Below, in pieces: positions 63,211 through 64,000 of a stretch of DNA of 64,000 bases. The notes below the pieces were generated by a model. That model was given only the letters and a program-made list of their open reading frames with translations, ran no database searches and was not told the DNA's origin. Both the position numbers and the translations under genes were made by a program. Where the stretch lies: NCBI RefSeq assembly GCF_964355755.1, contig NC_092678.1:10228352-10292351 (forward strand). Reading direction: 5' to 3'. The stretch is from Antedon mediterranea (lineage: Eukaryota; Animalia; Echinodermata). Numbering within the stretch: position 1 is the stretch's first letter; each line of letters starts with the position of its first letter.

Positions 63211-64000
63211 TGGTGTTTTTATGTTAAAAAGTTTTTTGGAAAATCACAAAATGGTCTAAAACGACTCCAAATGCGATTTGAAGCTATCCTGTACACTTTG
63301 ATGTTTTGTGTGAAAAAGTTTTGTCGAAATGCTCAAAATGATCTAAAACGTTTTTAAAACGATATTAAGCTATTTTGTGCTCTTTGATGTTTTTGTGTAT
63401 CCAAGTTTCATCGAAATGAACAAAATGGTCTAAAACGTTTTTAAATACCATATTAAGCTGTTTTGTGCACTTTGATGATTTGTGTGAAAAGTTTTAACGA
63501 AATGCTCAAAATAGTCTAAAACGGTTTCTAATGTGATTTTAAGCACTTTGATGTTTTTGTGTAACCAAGTTTTATCGAAATGAACAAAATGGTCTAAAAC
63601 GTCTCCAAATGCGATTTGAAGCTTTTCCAAGCACTTTGCTGTTTTTATATTAGGTTTTTTCGAAAATCACAAAATGGTCTAAAACGTCTCTAAATGCGAT
63701 TTGAAGGTATTCTGAGCAATTTGGTGTTTTTGTGTGAAAAGTTTTAACGAAATGCTCAAAATTGTCTAAAACGGTTTCTAATGTGATTTTAAGCACTTTG
63801 ATGTTTTTGTAAAACCAAGTTTCATCGAAATGCACAAAATGGTCTAAAACGTCTCCAAATGCGATTTGAAGCTATTCTGTACACTTTGATGTTTTGTGTG
63901 AAAAAAGTTTTGTCGAAATGCTCAAAATGGTCTAAAACGTTTTTAAAACGATATTAAGCTATTTTGTGCTCTTTGATGTTTTTGTGTAACCAAGTTTCAT

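Larger units (their letters stand above)
1..64000 (+). repeat. Tandem satellite DNA array, ~88-bp monomer (types of 77-88 bp), single orientation; probably centromeric/pericentromeric heterochromatin; extends beyond both window edges
   Basis: CAAAATGGTCTAAAACG recurs every 77-88 bp throughout (ATGG/ATTG starts at 61, 149, 237, 325, 412, 499, 587, 674, 752). No unique sequence or inverted block was seen. The centromeric role is inferred from architecture only. Confidence 0.98.

Noticed and set aside
602-63835. 31 minus-strand ORFs of 61-88 aa (MEKLQIAFGD.../MHFDETWF...)
   Set aside because: They are translations of 2-3 consecutive monomers (mostly A'-F-E) with non-ATG or incidental starts and internally repetitive peptides. 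Single SNPs switch them on or off: the expected copy at ~22337 is lost to one substitution. There is no gene context. I used them only as duplication markers.
1-64000. Transposon insertion, inversion, telomeric repeat, or tRNA/5S/snRNA/spliced-leader tandem gene array
   Set aside because: No non-satellite sequence or strand switch was seen. The monomer has no recognisable Pol III A/B boxes or cloverleaf, is full of T-runs that would terminate Pol III, and tolerates chimeras and deletions.
1-64000. Monomer order as an information code or programmed diversity-generating cassette system
   Set aside because: The order is explained by an 8-mer plus in-register duplications and deletions. No recombinase, reverse transcriptase or expression locus is present to support a programmed system.

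Overview
The whole 64-kb window is one uninterrupted, head-to-tail, AT-rich (~32% GC in the commonest monomer) tandem satellite array, typical of eukaryotic centromeric or heterochromatic DNA. I estimate about 740 monomers, all in one orientation. The basic monomer is 88 bp (ATGGTC starts at 61, 149, 237, 325). It has diverged into six main types: A 88 bp (GAAGCTTTTC), B 88 bp (GAAGATATTC), C 87 bp (TGTACAC), D 87 bp (ACGTTTTTAAAACG), E 87 bp (GAAGGTATTC) and F 77-78 bp (ACGGTTTCTAATG). Rarer types and chimeras also occur. An underlying 8-monomer, 691-bp higher-order repeat (A-B-B-C-D-A'-E-F; 61-751) has been reshuffled into nested duplications with offsets of 254, 1291, 1458, 1816, 2334, 3559, 4322, 6418, 12002, 16543, 17938, 19229, 21735, 39673 and 53360 bp, which I traced by hand using private variants. 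I found no genes, RNA genes, transposon insertions, inversions or true CRISPR. The minus-strand ORFs are translation artefacts of the repeat. I cannot name the species or satellite family from the sequence. I see no new gene system here; the interest lies in the array's architecture and mutational mechanics. Block boundaries are approximate (about one monomer), while offsets were counted from marker positions.
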